Assembly: GCF_008831285.2 (NCBI RefSeq) | Contig: NC_045138.2 | Location: 2,170,001 to 2,234,000, forward strand | Reading direction: 5' to 3' | DNA: 64,000 nt | DNA from: Nymphaea colorata | Taxonomy: Eukaryota | Shown here: piece by piece, positions 63,551 through 64,000 of the stretch | Position numbering within the stretch: the first letter of the stretch is position 1 | How the letters are laid out: each line of letters begins with the position of its first letter | The notes under the pieces: generated by a model | The model's database searches: none | What the model was told of the DNA's origin: nothing | Seen by the model: the letters and a program-made list of their open reading frames with translations, nothing else | Program-made: the position numbers and the translations under genes

Positions 63551-64000
63551 TTCCAAGGATTTACATGTGTAGCCAAAATCTGGTTAATTAAGCATACGCA
63601 ACTTAGCTACTCTCTTTACAGTAAGACACAACTTTTAAATGTCTAAAAAATAACCAAAATCCGGTTAATTACTTTGAAAAAAATCATTCAATTTTTTTCC
63701 ATTGCATCTGACGCTAATATGGTTATGTTATTAAAAGAACTTGTTTTCAAAAGCAATGTCTTTCTTTTTCATTTGTCATTACATTGAAAAGTAAGGATAC
63801 GCAACGTAGCTACTCCACTGCACCCCATTGTTTGCAAAATTAATTAACTAATAACTAGAAATATTTAAACATATTATACCGTGAGATAAATGTAAAAAGT
63901 TCTTGTGAAGGGTTTATTTGGAAATAAATAATTCTTTCTCAATTTCAATGGAAGGGGAAACCCAGCCCCATGCATCGGAACTTCTAATAATGGAACTTGG

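Overview
AT-rich flowering-plant nuclear DNA, mostly repeats. The left part holds a degenerate Ogre/Tat-type Gypsy element, a solo LTR of the same family (TSD GAACC) and a decayed L1 LINE. A full-length but disrupted Copia element (26111-35582, TSD CATAC) carries a 6 x 557-bp array of its own primer-binding-site region. The window also has several hAT-type MITEs, an AAA-ATPase gene fragment and a plastid accD-psaI insertion. The only intact host gene I found is missing from the ORF track: a two-exon defensin-like (DEFL) peptide gene on the minus strand (38089-37283) with a GC-AG intron. The main observation is that sequence from the 5' end of this DEFL gene recurs at five other sites. Upstream/promoter sequence is present at ~12.2, 40.4, 50.2 and 60.2 kb, and 5'UTR plus a crippled exon-1 start at ~40.8, 50.7, 54.5 and 60.8 kb. 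Each copy heads a multi-kb non-coding unit that folds into long, imperfect, nested hairpins. This looks like a tandem cluster of long hairpin-RNA loci that took over a DEFL promoter. All alignments and base pairing were judged by eye. Transcription, small-RNA production and function are inferences.
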